DNA of 64,000 nucleotides, from NCBI GenBank assembly GCA_051362555.1, contig CM120640.1:39224788-39288787 (forward strand). Reading direction: 5' to 3'. This stretch comes from Lingula anatina (Eukaryota; Animalia; Brachiopoda). The translations under genes and the position numbers were made by a program. Below the pieces are notes generated by a model, which saw only the letters and a list, made by a program, of their open reading frames with translations, did no database searches and was not told the DNA's origin. This document shows positions 12,701 to 24,982 of the stretch, piece by piece. The first letter of the stretch is position 1; each line of letters starts with the position of its first letter.

Positions 12701-14800
12701 AGGTCACATTGTAACAAATTTAACAGGGTCTTGGGTTCTGAAGTATTTGTGGGCCACGGGACGGTCTCGCGTTACTATCCTAACGTTCACAAATGATAAC
12801 ACCCAGTGTTAATCAAGACCCCAAGTTTGACACTATTTCATGTGATAGATTGTTCGCCTGCCATGCACATGGTGTCTTTATCTAGATGCACCTTGATCTT
12901 AATGCGTGTAAGGGATCTCCGGTACCCCTTACAACTTACGTACGGTGACAGCCAAACGCCACTGAACGATTATTAATGATATTTGCATGTGAGCATCTCT
13001 GAAGAGACAGAGACACGGACCGGGAATCTAATGATGGATCGCACTAACTAGGACACGGACAGGGACACTGGCAAAGTCAAACACAGTGCACTGTGTGTCT
13101 GTGCCTAGTCATTAATCGACACAAGGCGCTGTAAAATTTAATTTAGATAACAAATGACATTGTATCAACAAACAATGGGAATTTATGACGCTCAAAAATC
13201 GTACAAGGCTTATCAATCAAGGAACGAGATCTATTAAATCTTGTTTTCCACTGCTTGCGTAGCCTAGTTTCTATTGACGACGGAAGAAATTGGATTGAAC
13301 CTGTATTAGGAGGGGTAAAACAACCAAAGATTGTTTAAACAACTTGTAGGCCTTTCTAACGCCTGTATCTTTTTCAGGCATTAGTAACACGTCTCCCAGT
13401 CCCCGAGACTTCCCGGGCTTAATGAAAAGCACACCTATACAGAGATATTTCGCATCAATTTACAGGTGTAATTTCACAACATAGTTCTTGTCGTAAACAC
13501 ATAAGGAAGCAAGGCTTACTTTTTCTTCCATCTATGTCAGGTAACAATAGGTAATTCTCAGGACCTTGTCAAATAGTATGTGCACACCTGATGTGGATCA
13601 AAAGGCTTTTACTATACAATAACAACACGTGTGCTTAGCAGCCGCCCTAGAGAACGTAATTGCTGTAAGATGAAAGGAAAATACAACCCAGCAATTATAC
13701 CTGTTTACATATTAACCCTCACTAAAGAAATACTCCGTATTGTACGCGTCCACTTAAAAGGTCCTTAGAAAGAAAAGCTGCTTTCACCAACTTTGCCCTC
13801 GAAAAGAGTTTGGAATAACTAATTATTATACGCTATATCAGCACACACAGACGCAAGTTTTCTCATGGCTGAAACAACATTTTTGTTTTGACAAGAAAAA
13901 CGTAGAGGCTAAGGGAGATAAACACGAATTTCCCGTTATAATTTTCTCAGACTGGGCTCTTGAATAGCACCGGTTATTTGGCGAGAGAGTGTGTATATTT
14001 TCCCATCCATTTGCTGCATAATTGTAGAACCCCTACGTCAAATAACTTCCCTCTATTACTGGCCGGTCTAATTCAACAGCTCCCAACCTTACTCCTGTAG
14101 GCCATGGTCATTATTGAATATCAAAGAGGTACTTTGCGCACACCGTTGTTTATTTAGCTAAGACGAACATTCATCGTGAATATCGACTAACTTAGCGATG
14201 TGTATTTAGTGGGTGCACCGATGAAAAATTCAATAGCTAAGAGAAATGTCCACATTGTTAGATGTATTGATTAAAAACATCACCTAGCAAAGGTAGAACA
14301 AAAAGAAAATGAGACCCCAAAGTGACTGGAATTCTTGTTCAATATGATTTTATTTTTTAAATGCGTTTTTAACTTAGGACGAAAAAATCTAAGCCAATTA
14401 TTCCACTACTCAAGTTTTAAACTTGGACGAGTGTTTATCTTTCCCATTTGCGGGCACGCTTACACCTTCATACAGCGTTCTCTTTACATTGTACTAGGAA
14501 GGCGAGATAGTATTCACGGGTACGAGGTTTTAATGGTCGGATTTGTTGATAAAACTGTCTAAACTGCTCGTCGATGAGGAATTTCTAGATCAATTAAGGC
14601 TACATCGTGGCATTAAATACCAATATTCCACCTTTCGGTGCGAACTAAAGGATAAGCGTTCCCGCATACTTTCGGTCACCTCTGCGTTTATACTTTATGA
14701 GCAATGATTCGTATAGCTTTCACAGCTTTCTCTTTCTCTTAAGGTGAACGCATAAATCGTAGCCGTCACAAATGGTAATAAATTGCATCTTGATATGTTA

Positions 14801-16576
14801 TTAAACGATCGTTTCATTTCCATTTTTACCACGTTTATGTTTGTCTAGCCGCAATGGCCCTGTAGTCCGATATGAATTCGTATTTGCTGGCTGATACTGA
14901 ACGTCGGGCATTCCTAGAGATTTTCTCGGAGACCGCCTGCCCGTAAGTCTGCTTATGAATTTCCTCCATGACGTTAATGTTTTTGAGGACCAAATCCACA
15001 TCCCGCTTGTAATTCCCACGACAAGTGACATAAAAATTTTCAACATAAATATTTCGATATTTGGACTGTAAGTAAGATTTGGCAAATACCACAAGTTTCT
15101 GTTCGTGTACTCGTACACATAACTGGCTATCACACACGTCGCCGGCACTGTGTAGAGAACGGAGAATATCCCTATTCTTACCATAAGGACTTCCAACTTG
15201 TCTGTCTTCACGCCGTCGTTTTTAACGTGTTTTCTGATTCTAAACAGGGCAACAAATCCTGCCAGTAAAAATGACGTTCCTATGACCAGATAGGCACAAT
15301 TCGGTCCAATTACAAATCCTAGCAAAGATTCTAAATTTTGGTTGCCAACGTAACAGAGACCCGTCAGCTCGTCGGAGTCCACGTTTCTCATTACTAAGAT
15401 AACGATAGTTTTAACTGCAGGAATCGACCAGGCAGCGAGATGGAAGTAACTTGTGTGGAGTTCTATTGCTTCATGGCTCCATTTCAGTCCAGCCGCAAGG
15501 AACCATGTTAAAGATAAAATGATCCACCAGATCTGACTGGCAGTGCCGAAAAAATATAATAAAAGGAACACTATGGCACAGTCTGTGTTCTGAAGTCCCT
15601 CTTGTATTATTATACTCTGGTGTGTGACTGGTTCTGTGTCACAGGCTACGGCCTGTCTCCCAGCTATCAGCCTGACGATGAAAGCAATGCTGTAGATATT
15701 ATAGCACATTGACAAAAAGATGATGGGACGTTCTGGATAGCGAAATCTCTGAGAGTCGATCAGAAATGTCAGCACAGTGAAGAGAGTGGACACGAAACAC
15801 AGGCCCGCCCACACCGACATCCAGATGTCAGCAAAATATTTGTCATCCTTGCTGAAAAGATGATCGGCATTGCAGAGTAAGGCACACTTGTTGGTCCTGT
15901 TGATGTACACGTACTTGTCAGGATGGCGAACGTGGTAGCAGTTTTCCAAGACTTGAGGGGGAGACGGTAAACCGCCCACGGGGTTTTGCCTGCCGCTGGT
16001 AGGCTGAGGAATCGGTGGTGGCCATTGGCCCGACGGAGCCCCACTTTCAACTTGAGGAACGTTGTAGTTGGGATCGCTTTGAGTTTGGTCAGGTTTTCTT
16101 GGTTCAGTGGAGCTTTGCTCCCCCGGACCGTCCATACACATATGATCCTGGTTGTTTTTTGGTGGGAACTGTGAGCAGTTGAGAGCTGCGGGCCAGAGAA
16201 ACCCGAACTCTTCGAGCACTGGCTTGCAGCGCGAGCGCACGCTCTCACACAACGTCCTGCATGGCCCTATAGGCTGGATCACTTTCTCTGTGCACATGGG
16301 GACGTACACCGAACACAGAAAGAACTGAAGCTGTGACGAGCACCCGTATTGTATCAGGGGGGTGAAAGTTTGCAACTGAAGCTCAGCGTCGCCCTGTAGA
16401 TTGTGTCCCACGAGATTAGGCATGCCGGTGACATTGTAGCCCAGTCCTTTGCACATTTTAATCTTTATCGGATCACACGACCTGACAATGTCGGTTGCGA
16501 GCACAGACTGGTCACGGTAGAATATCACTACTTGTAGTGTGACAAACACTATCTTCCACCACAGGTCCACTTCCAT
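14801..16576 (-). CDS. FZD4: Frizzled-4 Wnt receptor (591 aa, single coding exon)
   Basis: Signal peptide; CRD ([47 protein letters not shown]) nearly identical to vertebrate FZD4 as I recall it; [13 protein letters not shown]; seven TM segments; KTxxxW (KTLTSW); C-terminal PDZ ligand ETIV. Confidence 0.97.
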   Translation of the reverse strand: MEVDLWWKIVFVTLQVVIFYRDQSVLATDIVRSCDPIKIKMCKGLGYNVTGMPNLVGHNLQGDAELQLQTFTPLIQYGCSSQLQFFLCSVYVPMCTEKVIQPIGPCRTLCESVRSRCKPVLEEFGFLWPAALNCSQFPPKNNQDHMCMDGPGEQSSTEPRKPDQTQSDPNYNVPQVESGAPSGQWPPPIPQPTSGRQNPVGGLPSPPQVLENCYHVRHPDKYVYINRTNKCALLCNADHLFSKDDKYFADIWMSVWAGLCFVSTLFTVLTFLIDSQRFRYPERPIIFLSMCYNIYSIAFIVRLIAGRQAVACDTEPVTHQSIIIQEGLQNTDCAIVFLLLYFFGTASQIWWIILSLTWFLAAGLKWSHEAIELHTSYFHLAAWSIPAVKTIVILVMRNVDSDELTGLCYVGNQNLESLLGFVIGPNCAYLVIGTSFLLAGFVALFRIRKHVKNDGVKTDKLEVLMVRIGIFSVLYTVPATCVIASYVYEYTNRNLWYLPNLTYSPNIEIFMLKIFMSLVVGITSGMWIWSSKTLTSWRKFISRLTGRRSPRKSLGMPDVQYQPANTNSYRTTGPLRLDKHKRGKNGNETIV

Positions 16577-16909
16577 AATGGAAATATATCCCCTGTAGGT
16601 GCTGTCTACTACTCTGTATATATACGTTTCTAAGGCAGTTCTATCTAATACTCGTATAATGTCCTAAATCAATCACCTGTGGAACATGAAGTTCATCGTA
16701 ACGTGTACCCGTGACGAGTCATCGCTGGCTTGTTAGCTCTCGTACTCTGCCGTCGGTTCTCCTTCTTGTGAACATCTTAATCATGGCCCATTAAGGCTTC
16801 ATATGGACGAGTTTCGCAGGAGAAATCGTGTGTATATAGATCCTTGTTAACAGCACTTCTGCCAATTTCTACCGAGGCTAAAGCAAATAGACTGTGTGAT
16901 TTCACACTA

Positions 16910-17030
16910 GCGCGATCCAATGACCGACGTTGTTATTCTAACTCGCCCCGCCCCTTGGCATGCTCGATTATCACAACGACAAAACGACCTTAATGATTAT
17001 GAGCTGTCAATCAATGCCGCGCGCTGCCCC
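16910..17030 (-). promoter_or_regulatory. Likely FZD4 proximal promoter (GC box, CCAAT, CpG-rich)
   Basis: CGCCCCGCCCC at ~16944 and CCAAT at ~16917, in CpG-rich sequence about 350 bp upstream of the ATG. TSS not determinable. Confidence 0.35.
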
Positions 17031-17711
17031 CAACGTGGATAACGCAGACGCTTACCGCTGGTGGTATGTATCACGCTTTCGAGGCGGAAATAATCGCTAG
17101 GTACACCAGAGACGCCGAGATACTTTCTCCCTGGTAAAAGAGAAAGCGCACTGCGGCACACAGTGACTGGAGCATTCTGACAGTATTTTTTTACTCCTGA
17201 AATAAACACTCTTTCATCGATTGAGAAACGGTAGAGTCGACGTCACCCGTAGGATTGTATTTTTAGCTGGTAGTTTTCAGACCCCATGAACACGTTTTTT
17301 GTCAGACGTGATAACATAGCTGTGGACTCAGATAAACACTCCGGCAGGTTCCCCGCAAAGACGGACTATTATGTTGCACCTTTAGGTTCGCTTGTTGAAA
17401 GAAATGCGTAGCCAAAATGACTTGTTTTCTATTTTTTCTTATAACTACGGGCTTAAAGAATGCATGCAATGAAACATAAAATTTATGCCGGTGTATCTGC
17501 AATGTGAGCCGAAGCCGCACAAACAGTACTCATGATTTATATCAACAAACTGACAAACGTAATCTCACAGCGTTCTAAATACCTTAATTTGAGTTAAATA
17601 CGGCCTTATCGTATGTACGCCAATCAGGACATGTCAGTGATATGATAGCGCAGCGACGCTCACGACATCTATTGGTGTATTTGTACTGGAAATGACAGTG
17701 TTGGAGTGTAA

Positions 17712-18841
17712 GGCCACACTTTTTTATTTTTATGGATGACATCCTCTGGGGACCCCAAAGTCGGTGCGAGCGGGCGAAAAAAAAAAAAAAACAGTCCAAA
17801 AAAAAAAAAACTGCTTAAGAAAAGTTATGTTTTCAGTACACAGCTGGAAACACTAATTTACCACAGAAACACGTATCAAACTAACAACATGTCTTTATCC
17901 ATGCTCTCAAAATATTAAAGCTTTGTGAATAGGGCCTATTTCGTAGAAAGGTAAAAAGTCATGAATATATATGCTGCATATTACCAAATCTATTTAAGGT
18001 TATTTCATGCATTCTGTTGGTATAGCATCCAATAAAACAAATATCAAATAAACAGCGTGTCTTAATTTGTACTCTCAGAAAATTAAAGCATTGTAAACAC
18101 TTCACAGAATTGTTAAAAAAATGAAGCAAAGATGGGCTTATGCTTCCTACTACTAAGGTAATTTCGGTCGATGCCATTTTGTCTACTTCGACTCAAACGC
18201 TAGAAGCCAACTATCGGGTGGCCTGTCCGACCTTCAGTCCACCAAATACCACGACGCTCTTGTCGACCCTTTTTTCGCTCCAAAAAGAAACTGGTATGTG
18301 CTGCTTTGGACAGAATGTCACTGAAATTTTCCGGGCGATGATCGCTGGCCGCGGCCAGCCTTTCGTATAATTGTAAAAGGGTGATATCTCCATGTCCAAT
18401 ATCAATGGCAAACCAATCCAAAAAGACGGCCCCCGTTCTCTTTATGACTTTAATTGTCGTGTATTTTGAAATTAAAGCAATAATAACTCTTCGTTTCGGC
18501 CAAAAAATGAATTTTCCTGGAGTAAACAACAATTTTCCCATACTTACCAATGGTTAATGAATCCATTTTTACATTCAAAGTTAGTCCCTGGTTTTTTTCT
18601 AAAAAGTTTGGTTTTTTGTTAAAATCTCTTAAGAGCTTGCGGAATTAGCCGAGAATTGCCAATTGCATTTTCCTACAAATTCAATAACGATGTTTGCGAC
18701 AACCAACTTCCTTGCATTGGGGGGGGGGGGGGGGGGGGGGAGCGGTTTGGGGGGGGGATTTTTTTTTTTTTTTTTTTTGGAGAACGGACGAAAATCGGTG
18801 CGCGCGCAGGATGTCATCCATAAAATTAAAAAAGTGTGGCC
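17712..18841. mobile_element. Non-autonomous DNA transposon (MITE), ~34-bp TIRs and TAA target-site duplication (PIF/Harbinger- or Zator-like)
   Basis: TAA|GGCCACACTTTTTTATTTTTATGGATGACATCCT ... AGGATGTCATCCATAAAATTAAAAAAGTGTGGCC|TAA. Confidence 0.85.
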
Positions 18842-19760
18842 TAATGTCTCAAAAACGAGCAAGCCATACCGAATAAACCTGAGAAAATGCAACTTATTGC
18901 ACAAGTCTTTCGTCATCAACTAATTCCTTAAATTTACCGTGTTTCTTCTTTCGGGCCTTATACTTAATGCCAGTCAGAAGCTAATTTGATTAGTAGATTT
19001 TGTTATTCGTCACTAGCCATTGTTACAGTTGAGCATCATAGCAGCAGTTTGTAGTTTGTTCCAGCTGAGCATAGTAGAATTTTGTACTGTTCACAATTTA
19101 AATGTCTTTAAACAAGCTATCGACAGTGAAAAAGTGCAATTGTCATTCCTGCACGTGCGCATGTGCGTGTGTGTGTGTGTGTGTTTGCACCTGTACATAG
19201 GATAACATGGCATTTTTATAGCTTTTAAAAAGAGATGATACAGTTTTATTCACGAAACATTACTACAGAAAGGGAGTTTATCGATCGTTTTTGTCTGATT
19301 CTATTCAATATTATCGCAATGGATAGAATATTAGAAGGGTATTGCGACTTAATTCATCTCAACTAACACAATAAGATTCAGGATAACATCGATATCTGAG
19401 ATTTCGTTTGCTGTCAACCAAATACGGCAATATGTTTCTTCTAAACGAAATCTGAGGAGGCAGAAATGCCGATATGAGAAATCCGATAAAAAGACGCACA
19501 TATCATATATCAGTAAGTCCTTTCTTCGTCTTCTTTTTCTTTCCTTTTTTCTTACAAAGAAATACATTCCTCCGATTTCAATTGCTATTTGACTGTAAGA
19601 AGTAATGCTCTACTAATTCAGTCGGCGATTAAGAAACAGGAGGTTCATTTAGACACGGATTAAGACAGAAACCAGTCATAGATCAGATGTATAGTCTGCA
19701 GGATAAAGATAAAGGATAAACAAATATGCTTGGTATAATATAAAAAAAGATAAAAGAGGG

Positions 19761-19905
19761 CACTGGCGGATTAAGGGTATGGGGAAGGTGGCAGGGGTTA
19801 TAGTGGAGGTGGGAGGGAGGGTAAAAAATCTAAAAATGGACCGCCCTATCCCCTTCTCAAACACAATGGATATACACGAGACATGATTCTCTGGATCCTC
19901 CAATG
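19761..19905. mobile_element. Possible degenerate short MITE
   Basis: Imperfect termini CACTGGCGGAT ... ATCCTCCAATG with a G-rich interior; left end resembles the terminus at 63843. Confidence 0.35.
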
Positions 19906-20463
19906 CACAGTCTAAGTCAATTGCAGATTAAAGATGTCCTACGGCTCTAATTTGATTTAGTATGTCAAAAGGTACCCACATGCAAAATTTGGTGCTTTTA
20001 TCCGCTGTGTCACGATTTGGCCATTTTTTTGCCCTAAGCAACCGGACTATTTCATTCTGATAAGAAACCAAAGCTGTGGTCGCAGGAATAAAAGTACGAG
20101 TCTTGAAACTGGGTCTCGGTAGTGTCATTAAAGTTGATGGCGGTGATACAGACACATGAGCGGGATTGAATGTGATGTGGGTTGGAACAGGGATAATATT
20201 TTTTTTCAATGACTGGTGTCTACTTCTTCATTTAGTCGTTTAGTTTATACATAATAACTCCAATATGCAAATTGATTTTGTGTATTGTCTATTGAACGTT
20301 TAAATAGGAGCCATGATAGAACGTTGTCGTTATTTAATAATGATTATTATTCTGCACTTTCATGTTTTATAATGTGAATGAAAAGATAAAAAGAAAATAG
20401 TAAATAGTAATAAAAAGAATAATTATTATTTTATGATTATTAATGCTTTGTGAGCATGCTCTG

Positions 20464-20898
20464 CAGGGCCGTAGCGTCCGGGGGGGCAGGGGTGCCAAAA
20501 AATAATCGCAAAGGTAAAAAAAAAATAATTGCAAAGTTGGTATTAATTCTGTGAGAAAATGCACGGATTGGCTCTCTTGCTTGTCCACAGAAGAAGAAAC
20601 GTTATTCCTGATCCTGAGACAATCTACGAAATGAAGTCCAATTGGCGTGTTGTGTTGAAAAATGACTGTACTTATGGCAAAATGAACCCACAATTTCTGA
20701 CTTCTGATTGAGCAATAAATAACAGTTAAAATGCACCAGAATGCAGTATTATACATACAGTTTTTAAAAAAATTTCCACACCGTCAGAGGGGGACACCCC
20801 CTCCCACCCCCTCCCCCCTCGGGGCCTTTGCCCCCTCGTGTGCGCTTACTGCCCCCCCCCCCCCCCCCCCCTGGCATTTTCCTCAGGCTACGGCCCTG
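20464..20898. mobile_element. MITE with CAGGGCCGTAGC TIRs and 5-bp TSD (CTCTG)
   Basis: CTCTG|CAGGGCCGTAGC ... GCTACGGCCCTG|CTCTG, with G/C-run subterminal regions. Confidence 0.88.
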
Positions 20899-21263
20899 CT
20901 CTGGTCTATTATTCAGATGTATGTGCCATCTTAACAACGAGTAATGGCACTTAAAATTGTGTCTTAAAAGGTCTTATTAAATTTACATGTAGATCACTGC
21001 AGGAAATATGATTGAGGAATCACGGCAGCTCTCTTGAACATCTTTGCATATTGGCTTCGGTTCGCTGAGTTTTTCTATGCTCAGTTAGTATGTTAAGCCT
21101 TCGAAAATTTCATTTGCCTTACATTGGCTTTATTCTTTGCCCATGTAATTAGTACGACAGCACTGAAGCACCGAAACATCTTTTGTAAGAAATGAATGGA
21201 GGCCAGTGTTACATCTTTATGTGTAAGACCATTTATTATTAGTCTTTAACAGATTAATTTAGC

Positions 21264-21266
<3 letters not shown>

Positions 21267-21356
<90 letters not shown>

Positions 21357-21381
21357 AAATAAATATATATATATATATATA
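21267..21381. repeat. Long (AT)n microsatellite, interrupted once
   Basis: About 85 bp of uninterrupted AT, followed by a second short AT tract. Confidence 0.95.
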
Positions 21382-21506
21382 CTACTTAAATCTATAAACC
21401 GACCCAAATTACAAAGCACCGTGCAATTTCCCCATATATATATATATATATATGGGAAAATTGCACGGTGCTTTGTAATTTGGGTCGGTATATTGATTTA
21501 AGTAGT
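21381..21506. repeat. Inverted repeat (~50-bp arms) centred on (AT)n
   Basis: ACTACTTAAATC..ACCGACCCAAATTACAAAGCACCGTGCAATTT-(AT)n-AAATTGCACGGTGCTTTGTAATTTGGGTCGGT..GATTTAAGTAGT. Confidence 0.9.
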
Positions 21507-23169
21507 GGTTTGCCACAGTCACTCCACGGTGGTGAAATCTCTTCAGCAGACAGACGGTAATCAATAAAAATAATTAAATATGCTTCCGAATAAAAAAAGA
21601 ACAAAGAGGTCTTTTTGGGTATTTTTCCTTTATTCTTCGTCATTTTTATTAAAATAGATCTTTTAAGGTATATCTGAATCTATAGTTTGATATTGCCTCG
21701 ACAATAAGACAACGTTACCTTTACATTAAAACATAGAATAAAGCGTTAGGTGGTAATTTAAATCTTAACAATACAATAACAATACACTGCTATTATTACA
21801 GGTCCATTTGTCTGTGTTCTCATTAATTTCTCCATTACATTAAATATATGTCATATTTTAAATCTAAGAAAATATAGTACTATATAAGTAGGCTAATTTT
21901 GCCCTTGTTTCAATTTTCTTTACATAATATTAATACAGAGTAAATGTTGATTTGCAATTTTATAGACATTCCAAAAGAAAAAAAAAACGATAGATAATAA
22001 AGAAAAGCTGTAATAACAGGTGTAGATCCAGACAAACAAGGTCTTAATATCGTGTACAATTAGATTCAAGTTATCGCCTTGGGCATGTTGTCAATTGCCG
22101 AAGAAGCGCAAAAACAATTTAAGCATGATAATGGTCTATGGGTAAGCGAAATCACAGTACTCCTTTATCCTTTGGCTAGATTAAAACCTTACCAATTTTA
22201 CATGGCTCGATTTAGATTTAACCATTTTATTTTTTTCATCTGAATATTTCATGAGTAAAGATAAAATTTTGACAAAGCAAAGGAAAAATACATATACATT
22301 GCCAACTCCATAATCATTATTTGGTCCTTGAAAGAGGTGCTTATAAAAGCAAGAATGGCACGAAACTTTCAGATTGCCACCAAATGTCTCTTTTGATGGA
22401 CAATCCCACCAACGATTCACCTTCTTCACTTAAAAAGCGTGGTGGTTATTGATCTTCATCTTCTAAATGAATAATGATTACAGCCAATGTCACATAGTCT
22501 TTTCACATATGCCCCAAGGAAAATCATCAAAATCAACACGGAAGCAAACAACTATGTTGTTGTTCGTATGATCTTATGTCAAAAAAAAAAAAAAAAAATT
22601 GGGGGGGGGGGGGGGGGTGTTGGATGTTGAAGATGTCAAGGTGATTACAAAGCACATCATGTAAGTGAACAAGCTTACGCCGGTATCCACCTAAAGGGCA
22701 GCCGGTTGCTCTGTTGTTCCGTCACGGCTTTTGTTTTCTAATGCTACGTTTAAGGAGATCTTTGTAAGTGGCTCTAAAACAATCGGCGCAACTACAGCAG
22801 AAAAAAATGATAAATAAATGAAATACAAAAGAGAGAATATCCAACAACTTAACGTATGGCAATTATCCATACCTCCCACGACAAAATATCACCGCTAATA
22901 GATTTTGGGCTTATTACTGCAAGTCAAATTATGCAAATAAACATAATTATGTCAACAATTATCACGGGATGGAATCATCCTGTCGTCTAGACAATATTTC
23001 ATAATCGCTTTATTGATACTAAGAATAGAAAAAAAATTATATATCGCGGAAATGTTGCCAGCAATCTTACTTAAAAATTGTAAGCTGATGGTATTGGACT
23101 GGAATTAAATTAGCTAAGAAATTGAATTTCGGGAAACAATAATCGTGGTAGGAAAAGTGACCTATTCTA

Positions 23170-23510
23170 TTAGTGAGCGTTGTTGCGTTTCTGTCCTCTT
23201 GGATGCAGCATCTCCAGTGAGGATGTTAACATGTCGACAAGTTTGCCCAAGTCACTCGCAAAAGTCTCCTGGTCTCCATTATTATGATTGACCGAGCCTG
23301 GGCCAGCACTTCCAGCTGACGCACAATAGCTTTCTAAAACTGACCAGGAGCACGATTTCTTGCAGCATTCCTCTACAATGCCCCTTTTTCGCCTGGGCTG
23401 AAGTCCATCTGGGTTTGAGAGATTTGTTGCCGTGCTACTGGCCAAATCGGTATCATGGCGCTTGGAGATCAAAAACGGCAGTGCAGCTCTCTTCGACAAA
23501 AACATGGGAG
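23170..23510 (-). CDS. Insulin/IGF-like peptide A, last exon (C-peptide, A chain, 50-aa C-terminal extension)
   Basis: Acceptor CTCATTTCAG|CT fits the phase-1 donor at 30275. RRKR-GIVEECCKKSCSWSVLESYC gives the CC-x3-C-x8-C A chain. AATAAA on minus at 23009-23014. Confidence 0.93.
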
Positions 23511-24881
23511 CTGAAATGAGAACAATATGTTTTTTAAAGTTTTGTATACGTTTCCCGCTAAAAAGTGAATTCTGTATTTTGTTCATCATTTGAGAGACTG
23601 GAGCATTACTGTAAAAAATCATCAAGTCCCAAATAATGATGGGTATTTTACAGACAATTCTCCTTCGTCGTATATAAAATGTCGCTTTGTTCTCGTGTCG
23701 TTTTGAGACCTCTCCGGTACCCCAAGTTTTGGGCAACGTTGCAGATGCATTGATGAAAATTCAGTGTCACAAACATTCTCAAAGGAATTGTTTTTCGCTT
23801 TCCACTCAAAATCTAATCTGACATGTTTGATATGTTCAGTTATTCCACTTATGAGACTTCGTATGACCACACAAAATCGCTACGGACGTCGGCTAGGTAG
23901 ATTAGCCTATTTTCAGATCTCACTCATAAGAATACCATGGTATTTTACAGACTTGTCTGACACGAGACATCAGCCAATAATGACGATTTAAATAAGCGAA
24001 ATAAGATGAGATTCGATAACAATTGAGACGTGATTAGGCTAGGGCGTTATAAGTATTCTTATTACTTATTTCCTTGTCGCGTAATGGTACATAATTACTG
24101 TGTCATTTTCCATTTCACCAGATTCCTGGACTGTATTAAATACAGCAGTTATTTTTTTGTCGGTATGAAGCGATTTTTTAAAAAAAAATTTGATCAGCAT
24201 TATACATATTATATTCCACGCATCGAGGATGGATAAGTGAAGAGAACAAAATAAGAGGGTTGACATAAGCTCAAACTGGCGAAAGATAGCACATTACAAA
24301 GCAGGTCTGTGGCAAACACCTTGTAGGAAGTAATTTTATTGTGTGTGGGGGAGGGGGTTAACTCCCTATCCCATCCTCCACGATTCCCATGCCTTTTGTG
24401 TGATGTGTTTTCAACATTGTATAGTAATTGACTCTGTCTGTAGTCTGCAAAACAACGCATTGACCGAAAGCGAAAGTCAGTTATCGTTTTAGTATATAAT
24501 TCAAAAACTGAATGTCAATGTCCCCCAAGATAAAATGGCGCTGTAATCCGCCATGTTGTTGTTCGTCTGATCGATGATATTTCCTTTCTTCTGATTGCTA
24601 AAAAACCCACAGATTACATAGTGGTTCATTATGTTCGGCCTCTACGTCAGAGGAAGATACTGAGTTTTATCAGACCTTGAAAATAAGATCGCACTTTGTA
24701 CTAACATTATTATGATTGGTTATATATCGTAGGACTGTATATTGTCATTTGCTACCAATGCCATGCTGTTTACATGCATGTTGTCGTCGGTTAACAAAAT
24801 ACACACATTATATATTTTACATCGTTCATAATACTTTTTTTACTAAATGCATCGACAAATTTGGTTCTTAGTTTTGTTTTG

Positions 24882-24982
24882 TAACTTGAGGGTATCCGTT
24901 ATCATTTGAACTTCTTGCATTTTATGACGTTTTTTAACTTGAGGGTATCCGTTATCATTTGAACTTTTTGCATTTCATGACG
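24882..24982. repeat. 53-bp tandem duplication
   Basis: TAACTTGAGGGTATCCGTTATCATTTGAACTT at 24882 and 24935. Confidence 0.85.

Noticed and set aside
14835-16248. Alternative-frame and antisense ORFs over FZD4
   Set aside because: Shadow ORFs of a GC-richer coding region, with no recognisable domains.
19925-20049. Possible Academ-like transposon end (...CCGGACTA)
   Set aside because: Only one terminus is visible and no TSD could be established.
23511-23736. N-terminal part of the 188-aa ORF
   Set aside because: Intron read-through; no signal peptide, and a good acceptor at 23511 joins the B-chain exon.
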